64,000 nt of DNA. It comes from an uncultured Bacteriovoracaceae bacterium (GTDB lineage: Bacteria; Bdellovibrionota; UBA2394). Under the pieces are notes generated by a model. It saw only the letters and a program-made list of their open reading frames with translations. It was not told where the DNA came from and did not search any database. Numbering within the stretch: the stretch's first letter is position 1; every line of letters starts with the position of its first letter. Both the position numbers and the translations under genes were made by a program. Positions 55,998-64,000 of this stretch are shown here, in pieces. Location of the stretch: positions 37,624 to 101,623 of the forward strand of contig CAZRCG010000006.1 in assembly GCA_964598565.1 (NCBI GenBank). Direction: 5' to 3'.

Positions 55998-56826
55998 AGA
56001 TCTCCATCATTGACCTCTGAAAGGGATGCCGGGATGGAAGAATTGTATCCATACCCAAAGCAAGAAAGAGCAATAAAACAAAAACCACAAGGGCCGCCCA
56101 AGACAGAGATTTTCCATGAGTGAGCATACCTCGCCATCGAAGGCCAAGAATGATGGCATAGGTAAGCCACGTCGCCATGGCCACTAAGACCTTAGGGTCC
56201 GCTAACCACTGGCCATCCCAAAACTGATTGGCGAAGAAAATTCCTAAAACCAGGCCACCCGTCATCAAGCAAAACCCCCACTGCAAAGTCTGCACCAGGA
56301 CACGTTCAAAATCTGCGAGACTTGCCATGCGGGCAACAAAAATGGACGGAACTTTCTTTCTCAAAGTCCAATCGGCCGCCAAATAAGCCATGGCTACTAG
56401 TGCCGCCACGATTAACAGAATTTCCCCACTTAGCGCCAAGGCGATATGAAGCCAGAGCCATGGCGATACCATAACGGAGTATTCCACAGAGTCTCCAAAG
56501 ATCTGAACATAGCTCCAAAAAAGAGCCACCAGTGGAATGAGAAAAAAATTGATTGAGTTAAGACTCGATCGCAGCGAAAAAAACCATGCAACCCACGTAA
56601 GTATAGAAGCCAGGAGAAGCTGCCCCTCCACAGCGGCCGTGATTACCAAAGCGTGTTTTGAGAAAAACCAAGAACCAATAAATACGGCAGATGCAAAAGC
56701 CGCCAGAAAGAGAATTCGCTGCGCCCATAATCGAGACTCGAGGGTGGAGCGGCGCCACAAATCGATTTCTAGCGCCCATGCCAAAATCAACAGCACTACC
56801 ACAATGACAGGAAAATAGGAGTTCAT
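55987..56826 (-). CDS. Cytochrome c assembly protein family membrane protein (CcsA/HemX-like) upstream of hemA
   Basis: Polytopic membrane protein with Trp-rich segments (WLWLHIALALSG..., LWSYVQIFGD); position equivalent to hemX-type genes of hem operons. Confidence 0.7.
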   Translation of the reverse strand: MNSYFPVIVVVLLILAWALEIDLWRRSTLESRLWAQRILFLAAFASAVFIGSWFFSKHALVITAAVEGQLLLASILTWVAWFFSLRSSLNSINFFLIPLVALFWSYVQIFGDSVEYSVMVSPWLWLHIALALSGEILLIVAALVAMAYLAADWTLRKKVPSIFVARMASLADFERVLVQTLQWGFCLMTGGLVLGIFFANQFWDGQWLADPKVLVAMATWLTYAIILGLRWRGMLTHGKSLSWAALVVFVLLLFLALGMDTILPSRHPFQRSMMEIYDT

Positions 56827-56874
56827 GAGACAAACTTTCTCTGGCTAAATTTTTTATGAACAAACTTTCTCACG

Positions 56875-58413
56875 TTAGACTTTCTTTTGAATTCTCATTC
56901 TCAATACTCGCGCCTCTGATTGAGCCTCGCTGTGATTAGGATCAATGGCAATCGCTCGATCAAAATCTTTCACGGCTTGCTCCAATTGGCCATCCATTTT
57001 TGATAACATTCCTCGATAATAATAGCCCGACGCATACGTTGCTCGATTTTCTAAGGCTTGATTGATCCACTGTCGAAGACGGCCTATCTCTCCCTTGAGA
57101 TTTTGTTTCGTTTCAATCATCCACATCATTTCAGCGTAAACTCGGTCAGCTAAGATCTCTCCGTCAGTGGGCATAACTTCTCGAATCGAATCGAGAAGCT
57201 CGAGCGCGTGCTTAAAATGCCGCTTGCGAAGAAGCTGCTGCGCGTGAGGAATCTGCATCTCAGCTTCTACTCTCTTCTGAAGGGCCTCAACACCCCCCAT
57301 CTGTTCAAGTTCCATCGCCGCAATAAACTCAGCGCGCTTACCAGGATGAATCATCGTATCGTAAGCCAAGTTGATAATAGGAAAAGTCGCCTCGGCGAGC
57401 TTTCGTAGCTCGGGAGTTGGCATTCGGTCGGGATGAAAACGACGGATGAGCCGATTGAAAGTGCTTCGAATCTTGTCGTCTGTTTCGATCAGTCCTAAGC
57501 CTAAAATTTCGTGATAGCGCTTCTTGGGAGCCATAGCTCGCAAGTTCAATAGCTCTTTTTCCAAAATATGAGGCTCAGCGGCCTCATAGACTTCTTCGGC
57601 CTCTTCATTTTTCCACTCGAGGCCTCCACCTATCTGCAACAGCAGAAGGAGTTTCAATTTCAAACCTTGCAACGTGGAAGGTGATTTAATCTTCACTTTC
57701 ATCTCTTGAAATGCTTTTTCCTCCTCGTCTTTGAGAGGAAAGTAAAATTGATCGACCGTTACTTTGGCAGATCCTTCTCGCCTAAGGCTCTCATGCCCCA
57801 TAAACAAACTATCTTTGAGACTGCGAAGCTTCTCCATAAGATGAGCGCCAAAGGGCGTGGGCCACGTCATGAGATCAGAACCAAATGAATGGCATTTATC
57901 GAGCTCCTGAAACGACCAGCGTCCCAGAAGCTGTGGTGTTGTCTGTAGCAAACGATAAATCGAATAGAGATTCTGAAGTTCCGCCATGCGGGCCCCATCC
58001 ATGCCAGCCGCCTGAATAAGATAGACTCGAATATCTGGTTTTGGCTGTAAGACCTCGTAATCTTTGACGATCGTTTTTAATTGCTCGAGAGAGAGAACTT
58101 TCTCAACCGACAGAAATCGCAGAAAACTGTCTTCGGGATCGTTCGAACGCACAATCACAGGACTGCCTTCTACAAAGCCAATCTGCTTTTTCAGGGCGTC
58201 CCGCTCGACGGTTAAGAGCCCAGATCCACGTTGTGCAGCGATTTTAGCCAGCAGAAGAAGTCCCTGAAGGGGTGCCGACTTAACCACACAGTCCCACGCG
58301 ATTTTCTTTGTAGCTTGCGCCGATGGCGCTTTAGGCTGGGGCTTCACTTCGGCCATACTCCACTTTACACCAGAGGCAGTTTCACGTTCTATGAAGCATG
58401 GCAGCAGATTCAT
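56875..58413 (-). CDS. DUF4388-domain protein fused to a J-domain and TPR repeats
   Basis: N-terminal LQGLLLLAKIAAQRGSGLLTVERDALKKQIGFVEGSPVIV (DUF4388-like), central J-domain with HPD (RRFHPDRMP), C-terminal TPR-like repeats. Confidence 0.7.
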   Translation of the reverse strand: MNLLPCFIERETASGVKWSMAEVKPQPKAPSAQATKKIAWDCVVKSAPLQGLLLLAKIAAQRGSGLLTVERDALKKQIGFVEGSPVIVRSNDPEDSFLRFLSVEKVLSLEQLKTIVKDYEVLQPKPDIRVYLIQAAGMDGARMAELQNLYSIYRLLQTTPQLLGRWSFQELDKCHSFGSDLMTWPTPFGAHLMEKLRSLKDSLFMGHESLRREGSAKVTVDQFYFPLKDEEEKAFQEMKVKIKSPSTLQGLKLKLLLLLQIGGGLEWKNEEAEEVYEAAEPHILEKELLNLRAMAPKKRYHEILGLGLIETDDKIRSTFNRLIRRFHPDRMPTPELRKLAEATFPIINLAYDTMIHPGKRAEFIAAMELEQMGGVEALQKRVEAEMQIPHAQQLLRKRHFKHALELLDSIREVMPTDGEILADRVYAEMMWMIETKQNLKGEIGRLRQWINQALENRATYASGYYYRGMLSKMDGQLEQAVKDFDRAIAIDPNHSEAQSEARVLRMRIQKKV

Positions 58414-58742
58414 CCGTTACTGAGGTTAGCGATCAAAGTTTTCAAAAAGAAGTACTCGAATCGTCGGTTCCCGTTCTCGTCGATTTCTGGGCGCCCTGGT
58501 GTGCGCCGTGTCGAGCCATAGCGCCTATTATTGAAGACGTGTCCAAAGAATTGGGCGGTAAAGTTAAAATCTTAAAGATGAACGTCGACGATAACGCTGA
58601 AGTTCCGAGCAAGCTTTCGATACGTAGTATTCCGACCCTTAAAGTTTTTGTCGGTGGCAAAGAAGTTAATCAAATGGTAGGTGCCGCTTCAAAAGATGCG
58701 TTACTTCAACTTTTGAAGCCCTACACCGCGTCAGTTAATTAG
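58398..58742 (+). CDS. trxA: Thioredoxin
   Basis: VLVDFWAPWCAPCR active-site motif; 114 aa. Confidence 0.9.
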   Translation: MAADSSVTEVSDQSFQKEVLESSVPVLVDFWAPWCAPCRAIAPIIEDVSKELGGKVKILKMNVDDNAEVPSKLSIRSIPTLKVFVGGKEVNQMVGAASKDALLQLLKPYTASVN

Positions 58743-59660
58743 AGACATCAACCCCTTCTGCAATTCAAAACATAGTTCGGACAGAAGACGAAGGCGCTGC
58801 TGGTCGCGCTTTGGATTTTCTGAAAACCGTAGGCGTAGGACCGAGGGCAATCTAACCTCGAGTAAATCTCGAGCGAGGGATTGTGCGGCTGATAAGGCGA
58901 CTGAATCGTTGTTAACACGTAAAATCAGAGAAATTGCCGCTCGCAAGGCGGCCTCAAAACTGAGGGAATGGTCCAATACGACACTAGCATCTACAATACC
59001 GCCCTCCTCGCTTAGTGAAACAATCTGCCTTCGGCCGTGCGTCAATGCCTTGATCGCCTCTTGAATCTGTGTGGTCACCTTTTTCGCCTGCTTAGGATGA
59101 ATAAAGAGATCGCTGGCGTGGGTGGCTAACAATAATGCAGCGCTAGTGTCTTGAGGCTCTGGGGCTAAAAAAATCCAAGGCATGGCTTCGCTCCAATGAG
59201 CTTCGGCAATGCGAATCACCTTATTATGACCGACGATTGTCTCTTCAATTACCGGCGCTCCTAAATTCTCAAGCACCAACGTCAACCACCGCTGCGTACT
59301 ACGGGCGAGCGACGGCCTGGCTTCTAATAAACGAATCACCTCAAGATAGTCGTCGAACGAGCCTGAATAGGGCCTTTGCAACAAAGATCGCGACAAGGCC
59401 GCTGCCGAGGGCGAGAGCTTGAAAACTCGTCTCGCAAATTCAAAATAAACTTTCAAAGGAGATTGCTTTCCAAGAACCTCTCCCAACGTTTCATAGTTGC
59501 TATGTGACAGCGATTTCTCAGATGTCAGCCGTCTAAATTCTGAAAAACAGCCCTGCGGCCCACTCGCCCCATCGTCGCCATCTCGCGCCGATGCGACTTC
59601 GTGAAACGCCAATAATCCTAAAAGACAATAATAGCCAGAACCCCTAGATATCGACCCCAT
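58731..59660 (-). CDS. Hypothetical protein
   Basis: 309-aa ORF directly downstream of the HD-GYP gene on the same strand; no recognised motifs. Confidence 0.4.
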   Translation of the reverse strand: MGSISRGSGYYCLLGLLAFHEVASARDGDDGASGPQGCFSEFRRLTSEKSLSHSNYETLGEVLGKQSPLKVYFEFARRVFKLSPSAAALSRSLLQRPYSGSFDDYLEVIRLLEARPSLARSTQRWLTLVLENLGAPVIEETIVGHNKVIRIAEAHWSEAMPWIFLAPEPQDTSAALLLATHASDLFIHPKQAKKVTTQIQEAIKALTHGRRQIVSLSEEGGIVDASVVLDHSLSFEAALRAAISLILRVNNDSVALSAAQSLARDLLEVRLPSVLRLRFSENPKRDQQRLRLLSELCFELQKGLMSLIN

Positions 59661-59680
59661 AAAACCCCACAGAAAAAAAA

Positions 59681-60667
59681 CTAGCGTTTTTTATCGACGT
59701 TGAGAAGTAAAATGAAATGCTCGACGATACGAGAATTAAAATGGCCGGCCATTTGCTGAGTGATGATAGAAAAGGCCTCAAAGGGCGTTTTAGCCCGTTG
59801 ATAACAGCGATTCGTCGTCATGGCATCGTAGGCATCACAGATTGAAACGACCTGCGAAACCATTTGAATTTTATCGCCTCGAAGCCCGTAAGGGTAGCCT
59901 ATGCCATTTACCTTTTCGTGATGCTGAAGAATAATATCTTTGCCTCGTTCAGGAATCGGCCGGGCGTGAAGCAAATCAATGCCCCATTCAGGATGCTTCT
60001 TCATGATGCGCCACTCATCTTCGGTGAGGGGCCCTGGTTTATTCAATACGGCCAGCGGCACTTTCGTTTTACCTACATCATGCAAAAACGCCCCTATGGC
60101 CGCTTCTTCCAAGATCTTGCGATCGCGAATTCCAAGTGACGAAAGCAGGCCCAGAGTAAAGGTCATCACGTTTACACAATGGGTATAGGTATAGTAATCG
60201 TGCGACGAAAGAGTGATCATACTTACGAAGGCTTCCGAGTCTTTCGCTAAAAGCTCTATGGTGTGATTCACCACCTTCTTAGTTTTAGTAAACGTCTCTG
60301 AGCTTGAGGGATTCTTAAATATATTTTCAGCAATTCCCGTGGCACACTGATACAGGGCGGATGTTTTCTTGATGAGAGGCGCTTTAGGTTCGCTCAACAA
60401 GCGACTAAGATTGCTCTCCAAAAACTGAAAGTGCTCAATCTCGGTTTCACATAAAATAAACAACTCTTGGGCGCCAAACTCTTGCAGCTTTTCAGCGTCC
60501 TCTGCCGTCCATCGGCTCCCCTTCGCTCGATACACCAAGTAGTTACCCTGATAGAGCATAAAGAGATCTTTATCTAAGATATTGCCCTCTCGATAAAGAT
60601 CGACCGGCACCCGAAAATACTGAGCTCCAGAATCAGCGACTGGAAGGTTTTCTGGAGTCGTGGCCAC
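59681..60667 (-). CDS. HD-GYP domain protein (putative c-di-GMP phosphodiesterase)
   Basis: HD motif (GAFLHDVGK), HHEKVNGIGYP (GYP signature), about 150-aa N-terminal sensor-like region. Confidence 0.85.
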   Translation of the reverse strand: MATTPENLPVADSGAQYFRVPVDLYREGNILDKDLFMLYQGNYLVYRAKGSRWTAEDAEKLQEFGAQELFILCETEIEHFQFLESNLSRLLSEPKAPLIKKTSALYQCATGIAENIFKNPSSSETFTKTKKVVNHTIELLAKDSEAFVSMITLSSHDYYTYTHCVNVMTFTLGLLSSLGIRDRKILEEAAIGAFLHDVGKTKVPLAVLNKPGPLTEDEWRIMKKHPEWGIDLLHARPIPERGKDIILQHHEKVNGIGYPYGLRGDKIQMVSQVVSICDAYDAMTTNRCYQRAKTPFEAFSIITQQMAGHFNSRIVEHFILLLNVDKKR

Positions 60668-60859
60668 TACCCCCTAGTGTATCACGAGCGCCCTCCTACC
60701 CTAGAAAGAGGGTTTGGCGACTAACGCTGCGCCACTAAAGACCATCCTTAGGTGCCATTATAAGCTGGTCCAATAAACCTGCGGAGTCGCCTGTTTTTAA
60801 TAAGTTCAATAGTTTCATTGGCTTAGAAAGCCCGCAATGATTGTCTGGCACTGTCTCAC

Positions 60860-63055
60860 CTACCCTCGACTTCTTTCTGCCGAGATAATTCCATCAATCT
60901 TCTCTAAATTTTGCAAAATAATATGAAGATGCGAAATATTTTTTACTACGACTTCTAACTCAATCGAAGCTCGCTTATCGCGAGAGGTTTCAACATTGGC
61001 CGATGTTATATTGCCATCAAGGTTCGATACCGTTTTAGTTACCTGAGCCAGGATGCCAGGCTTATCAACCGACAAGACTCGAATGGAAGCTCGAAACTCT
61101 TGAGACTCATCTCCACGTTCCCAGTCCAGCTCCACTTTTCGCGCCGAATCAAAGGTCAGGGCTTTTTCACAGTCAGACGAATGCACTGAGATGCCACGTC
61201 CTATAGAAACAAAACCAATAATGGGTTCGCCTGGCAGTGGATTACAACATTTCGCAAAACGAATGAGCATATTCTCAATGCCTTGAACTCGCACCGGCGA
61301 ACGAGACTTCTTTTGCGTGACCCTCTTGAAAATATTTCGAATGAATGATCCCGACCCCTCTTTGCCTGCGTCTTCATCAGGGGACGCCTCTAGATTTACA
61401 TCAGCTCCTCCCGCTAACTTTGAAAAAGATCGCGCAATATCGAGAGCCAATAATTTGCCGTATCCAATTTTTGTCAGCAGATCTTCTTCGTTGGATGCAC
61501 CCACCGACGAAGCCCACTCATTGAGCTTACCGTCTTTCTTCAGGCGATTCAGATTGAGTTTTACTCGCTTCAGCTCGCGCTCTAGCAATTTTACGCCGAG
61601 CTCATGTGATCGATCTCGCTGCTCTTTCTTAATAATTTGCCGAATTTTATTTTTAGCTCGGCTTGTCACCACAAACTCGAGCCAATCTTTGCGCGGGCTC
61701 TGCGCCTCTGAAGTGACGATCTCTACTTCGTCCCCGCTTCGAAGCTTTTCTCTCAGCGGCACGATGCGGCCGTTGACTTTTGCCCCCACACAACGATCAC
61801 CAACTTTAGAGTGAATCGAATAGGCGAAATCGACCGGCGTGGCCCCCTTTGGCAGCGCCATAACGTCGCCTTTCGGGGTAAACACAAAAACCTCTTCTTC
61901 AAAAAGATCAATCTTAAGAGTCTTCATGAACTCGTGTGAGTCTTTCACCTCTTCTTGATCTTCTAAAAGCTTTCGAAGCCAAGCAAACTTCTGCAAGTCG
62001 CCTGCCGAGACCGAGCCGTCTTCTTTGTAGGTCCAGTGCGCTGCAATCCCCTGCTCTGCAATTCGATGCATCTCGAACGTACGAATTTGAATCTCCATTC
62101 TCTCGCCCGACGGGCTGATCACGGTGGTATGCAAACTTTGATAAAGATTGGCCTTCGGCATCGCGATATAATCTTTAAAGCGTCCGGGAACCGGCTTCCA
62201 CATCGAATGCACAATTCCGAGGGCCTGATAGCAACCCCGAATATCGTCACAGACAATACGAAACGCCAACAAATCATGAACTTGCTCAAAGGGAACCTGA
62301 TTTTTCTCCATCTTTTTATAAATGGAATAAAAGTTTTTAGAACGACCCGAAATTTCGAAACGTGATCCAACGCTCTCCTTCATTCGTTCCTGCAAGACAT
62401 TCATGACTTCTTCGACGTATTTCTCACGCGCCTTTCGTGTTTTGGCAACCAGCTGAACCAGGCGAAAATAAACATCGGGCTTTGCATATCGAAGACATAG
62501 ATCTTCGAGCTCAATTTTGATCCAATGAATTCCCAAGCGATGCGCTAGAGGCGCATAGATATCTTCAGTCTCTTCGGCAATTTCAATTTGCTTCTCAGAG
62601 CTCATGAATTGAAGCGTGCGCATATTGTGAAGACGGTCGGCGAGTTTAATGAGAATCACGCGGACATCTTTACCCATGGCCAAAATCATCTTTCGAAAGT
62701 TTTCAGCTTGCGCGGTGGCTTTCGAGTGAAACGAAAGTTTCGAAAGTTTGGTCACACCATCGACGAGAAATGCGATGTCGGCTCCAAAATCTCTCTTGAT
62801 ATCGTCCAGTGTAAGAAAAGTATCTTCTACGGTATCGTGTAGTAAACCCGCCACCAGTGAAGGCAGGTCTAAATTCATTTTCAATAGAATGCGAACGACT
62901 TCGACCGGATGAACAATATAGGGCTCGCCACTTTTTCGGGTCTGATTGCCATGGCAACGCACGGCGATATCAAAAGCCTTCTCAAGGGGCTCGACTTTAA
63001 AATCGGGATGAGCAGCTTTGACCTCTTTGAGCAGGTCCCCAAGTATGTTCACCAA
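60860..63055 (-). CDS. spoT: Bifunctional (p)ppGpp synthetase/hydrolase, RelA/SpoT (RSH) family
   Basis: HD hydrolase domain (RKSGEPYIVHPVEV ... LLHDTVEDT), synthetase domain, TGS and ACT regions; 731 aa; gmk-rpoZ-spoT synteny. Confidence 0.93.
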   Translation of the reverse strand: MVNILGDLLKEVKAAHPDFKVEPLEKAFDIAVRCHGNQTRKSGEPYIVHPVEVVRILLKMNLDLPSLVAGLLHDTVEDTFLTLDDIKRDFGADIAFLVDGVTKLSKLSFHSKATAQAENFRKMILAMGKDVRVILIKLADRLHNMRTLQFMSSEKQIEIAEETEDIYAPLAHRLGIHWIKIELEDLCLRYAKPDVYFRLVQLVAKTRKAREKYVEEVMNVLQERMKESVGSRFEISGRSKNFYSIYKKMEKNQVPFEQVHDLLAFRIVCDDIRGCYQALGIVHSMWKPVPGRFKDYIAMPKANLYQSLHTTVISPSGERMEIQIRTFEMHRIAEQGIAAHWTYKEDGSVSAGDLQKFAWLRKLLEDQEEVKDSHEFMKTLKIDLFEEEVFVFTPKGDVMALPKGATPVDFAYSIHSKVGDRCVGAKVNGRIVPLREKLRSGDEVEIVTSEAQSPRKDWLEFVVTSRAKNKIRQIIKKEQRDRSHELGVKLLERELKRVKLNLNRLKKDGKLNEWASSVGASNEEDLLTKIGYGKLLALDIARSFSKLAGGADVNLEASPDEDAGKEGSGSFIRNIFKRVTQKKSRSPVRVQGIENMLIRFAKCCNPLPGEPIIGFVSIGRGISVHSSDCEKALTFDSARKVELDWERGDESQEFRASIRVLSVDKPGILAQVTKTVSNLDGNITSANVETSRDKRASIELEVVVKNISHLHIILQNLEKIDGIISAERSRG

Positions 63056-63083
63056 TTTAGACTATCAGAAACTAGCGACGGCT

Positions 63084-63305
63084 CTAGACTTTAGTTTGAA
63101 GCGAACCATTCGAAGGCGATCGCTTTACAAAACCCGCTGCCACTTCTCTCAAGGACAAGACGATCAAGCGGTTTTGAGTAAAGGTATTGTCTACTAAGGC
63201 TCTGGAACCTTTCAACAATTGCCTGGCTCTTTGCGAACCGACGTGAACGAGTTCAAAACGACTTTTACAGTTCTTAAGACAGTCTTCGACAGTAATACGC
63301 GCCAT
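63084..63305 (-). CDS. rpoZ: DNA-directed RNA polymerase subunit omega
   Basis: MARITVEDCLKNCKSRFELVHVGSQRARQL is the typical omega N-terminus; start refined to internal ATG. Confidence 0.85.
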   Translation of the reverse strand: MARITVEDCLKNCKSRFELVHVGSQRARQLLKGSRALVDNTFTQNRLIVLSLREVAAGFVKRSPSNGSLQTKV

Positions 63306-63359
63306 ATATGATGCATAGCGAGCCTGGTCGCCTTTCTGCAACAAGAACCTATGCCAATT

Positions 63360-63980
63360 TTAAGCTAAGGCCCAAGGGGCCTTCAATCTGCTGACTCGCT
63401 GTCGCTCGGCCACGACGATACCTTCGAGCTCTCGGTAGGCACGGGCGAAATCGCAGTTTTGAATAATATAATCGAACTTGGAGGCATCTCGAATCTCACT
63501 CTCGGCCATTTTGAGACGATGCGAGAGGTCGTCGGCCGAGTTCTTGCCTCGCGCTCGCAAGCGCTTCTCAAGTTCGGCCATCGAAGGCGGCACAATAAAA
63601 AGTAATACCGTGTCCTGAGGCTTGAGACTTTTAATGCGTAAGGCCCCCACCGTATCAATATCCATGACAATCACACGCCCTTTAGAAAGGGCGTCTTCGA
63701 CGGGCTGCCGAGGGGTGCCGTACCAATTCTTGAAGACCTGAGCGGTTTCAAGAAAGTGACCTTCGCTTTCGAGTTTCTTAAACCGTTCTTCATCGACAAA
63801 CTCATAATCGCGCTTCGATAATTCCCCCTCACGCTGAGGCCTAGTCGTTACAGAAATCGAGCGAGTCGCAAACGCATGATCTTCAGCCAAACGATCGCAA
63901 AGACTTGTCTTGCCCGTGCCACTGGGCGCGGACACTGCCAAAATATACCCTCGCTCTACAATGATTGGACCTAACTCCAT
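63360..63980 (-). CDS. gmk: Guanylate kinase
   Basis: P-loop SAPSGTGKTSL, guanylate kinase core (TTRPQREGE ... YEFV); 206 aa. Confidence 0.92.
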   Translation of the reverse strand: MELGPIIVERGYILAVSAPSGTGKTSLCDRLAEDHAFATRSISVTTRPQREGELSKRDYEFVDEERFKKLESEGHFLETAQVFKNWYGTPRQPVEDALSKGRVIVMDIDTVGALRIKSLKPQDTVLLFIVPPSMAELEKRLRARGKNSADDLSHRLKMAESEIRDASKFDYIIQNCDFARAYRELEGIVVAERQRVSRLKAPWALA

Positions 63981-64000
63981 AGCTATTCCCCATTCTGAAG

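Noticed and set aside
1-64000. CRISPR array, rRNA genes, insertion sequences or prophage genes
   Set aside because: Reading through the intergenic regions showed no regularly spaced direct repeats, no rRNA-like conserved stretches, and no transposase, terminase, capsid or portal-like ORFs.

Overview
This 64-kb window is densely coding on both strands and looks like core chromosome of a Bdellovibrio-like predatory bacterium. That taxonomic guess is inference from gene content only: an FHA-GGDEF cyclase resembling the DgcB type, three PilZ proteins, an HD-GYP protein, a tandem cNMP-binding protein, an M23 peptidase and a partial type II secretion cluster. I call about 50 protein-coding genes, one tRNA-Cys(GCA) and three hairpins. 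Recognisable housekeeping blocks are topA-trmFO-xerC, efp/gatCAB/ilvE, pdxH/fabI/gpsA, a hemX-like/hemA/hemC/hemD operon, trxA, and gmk-rpoZ-relA/spoT. I found no CRISPR array, IS element, prophage or rRNA. The most unusual items are: (1) a J-domain protein plus a short-lid Hsp70 whose stop overlaps the start of an RluA-family pseudouridine synthase; (2) an RsmB/NOP2/Sun-fold protein with both catalytic cysteines replaced and a lysine-rich histone-H1-like N-terminal tail; (3) an operon of a YyaL-type thioredoxin-domain protein, a DUF2062-like membrane protein and a large membrane-anchored coiled-coil protein; (4) a roughly 650-bp ORF-poor gap between convergent genes; (5) a divergent Clp-type AAA+ module that runs off the 5' window edge. 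All calls rest on reading the supplied translations for motifs; no database search was run, and start codons (often GTG/TTG in the ORF track) are approximate.
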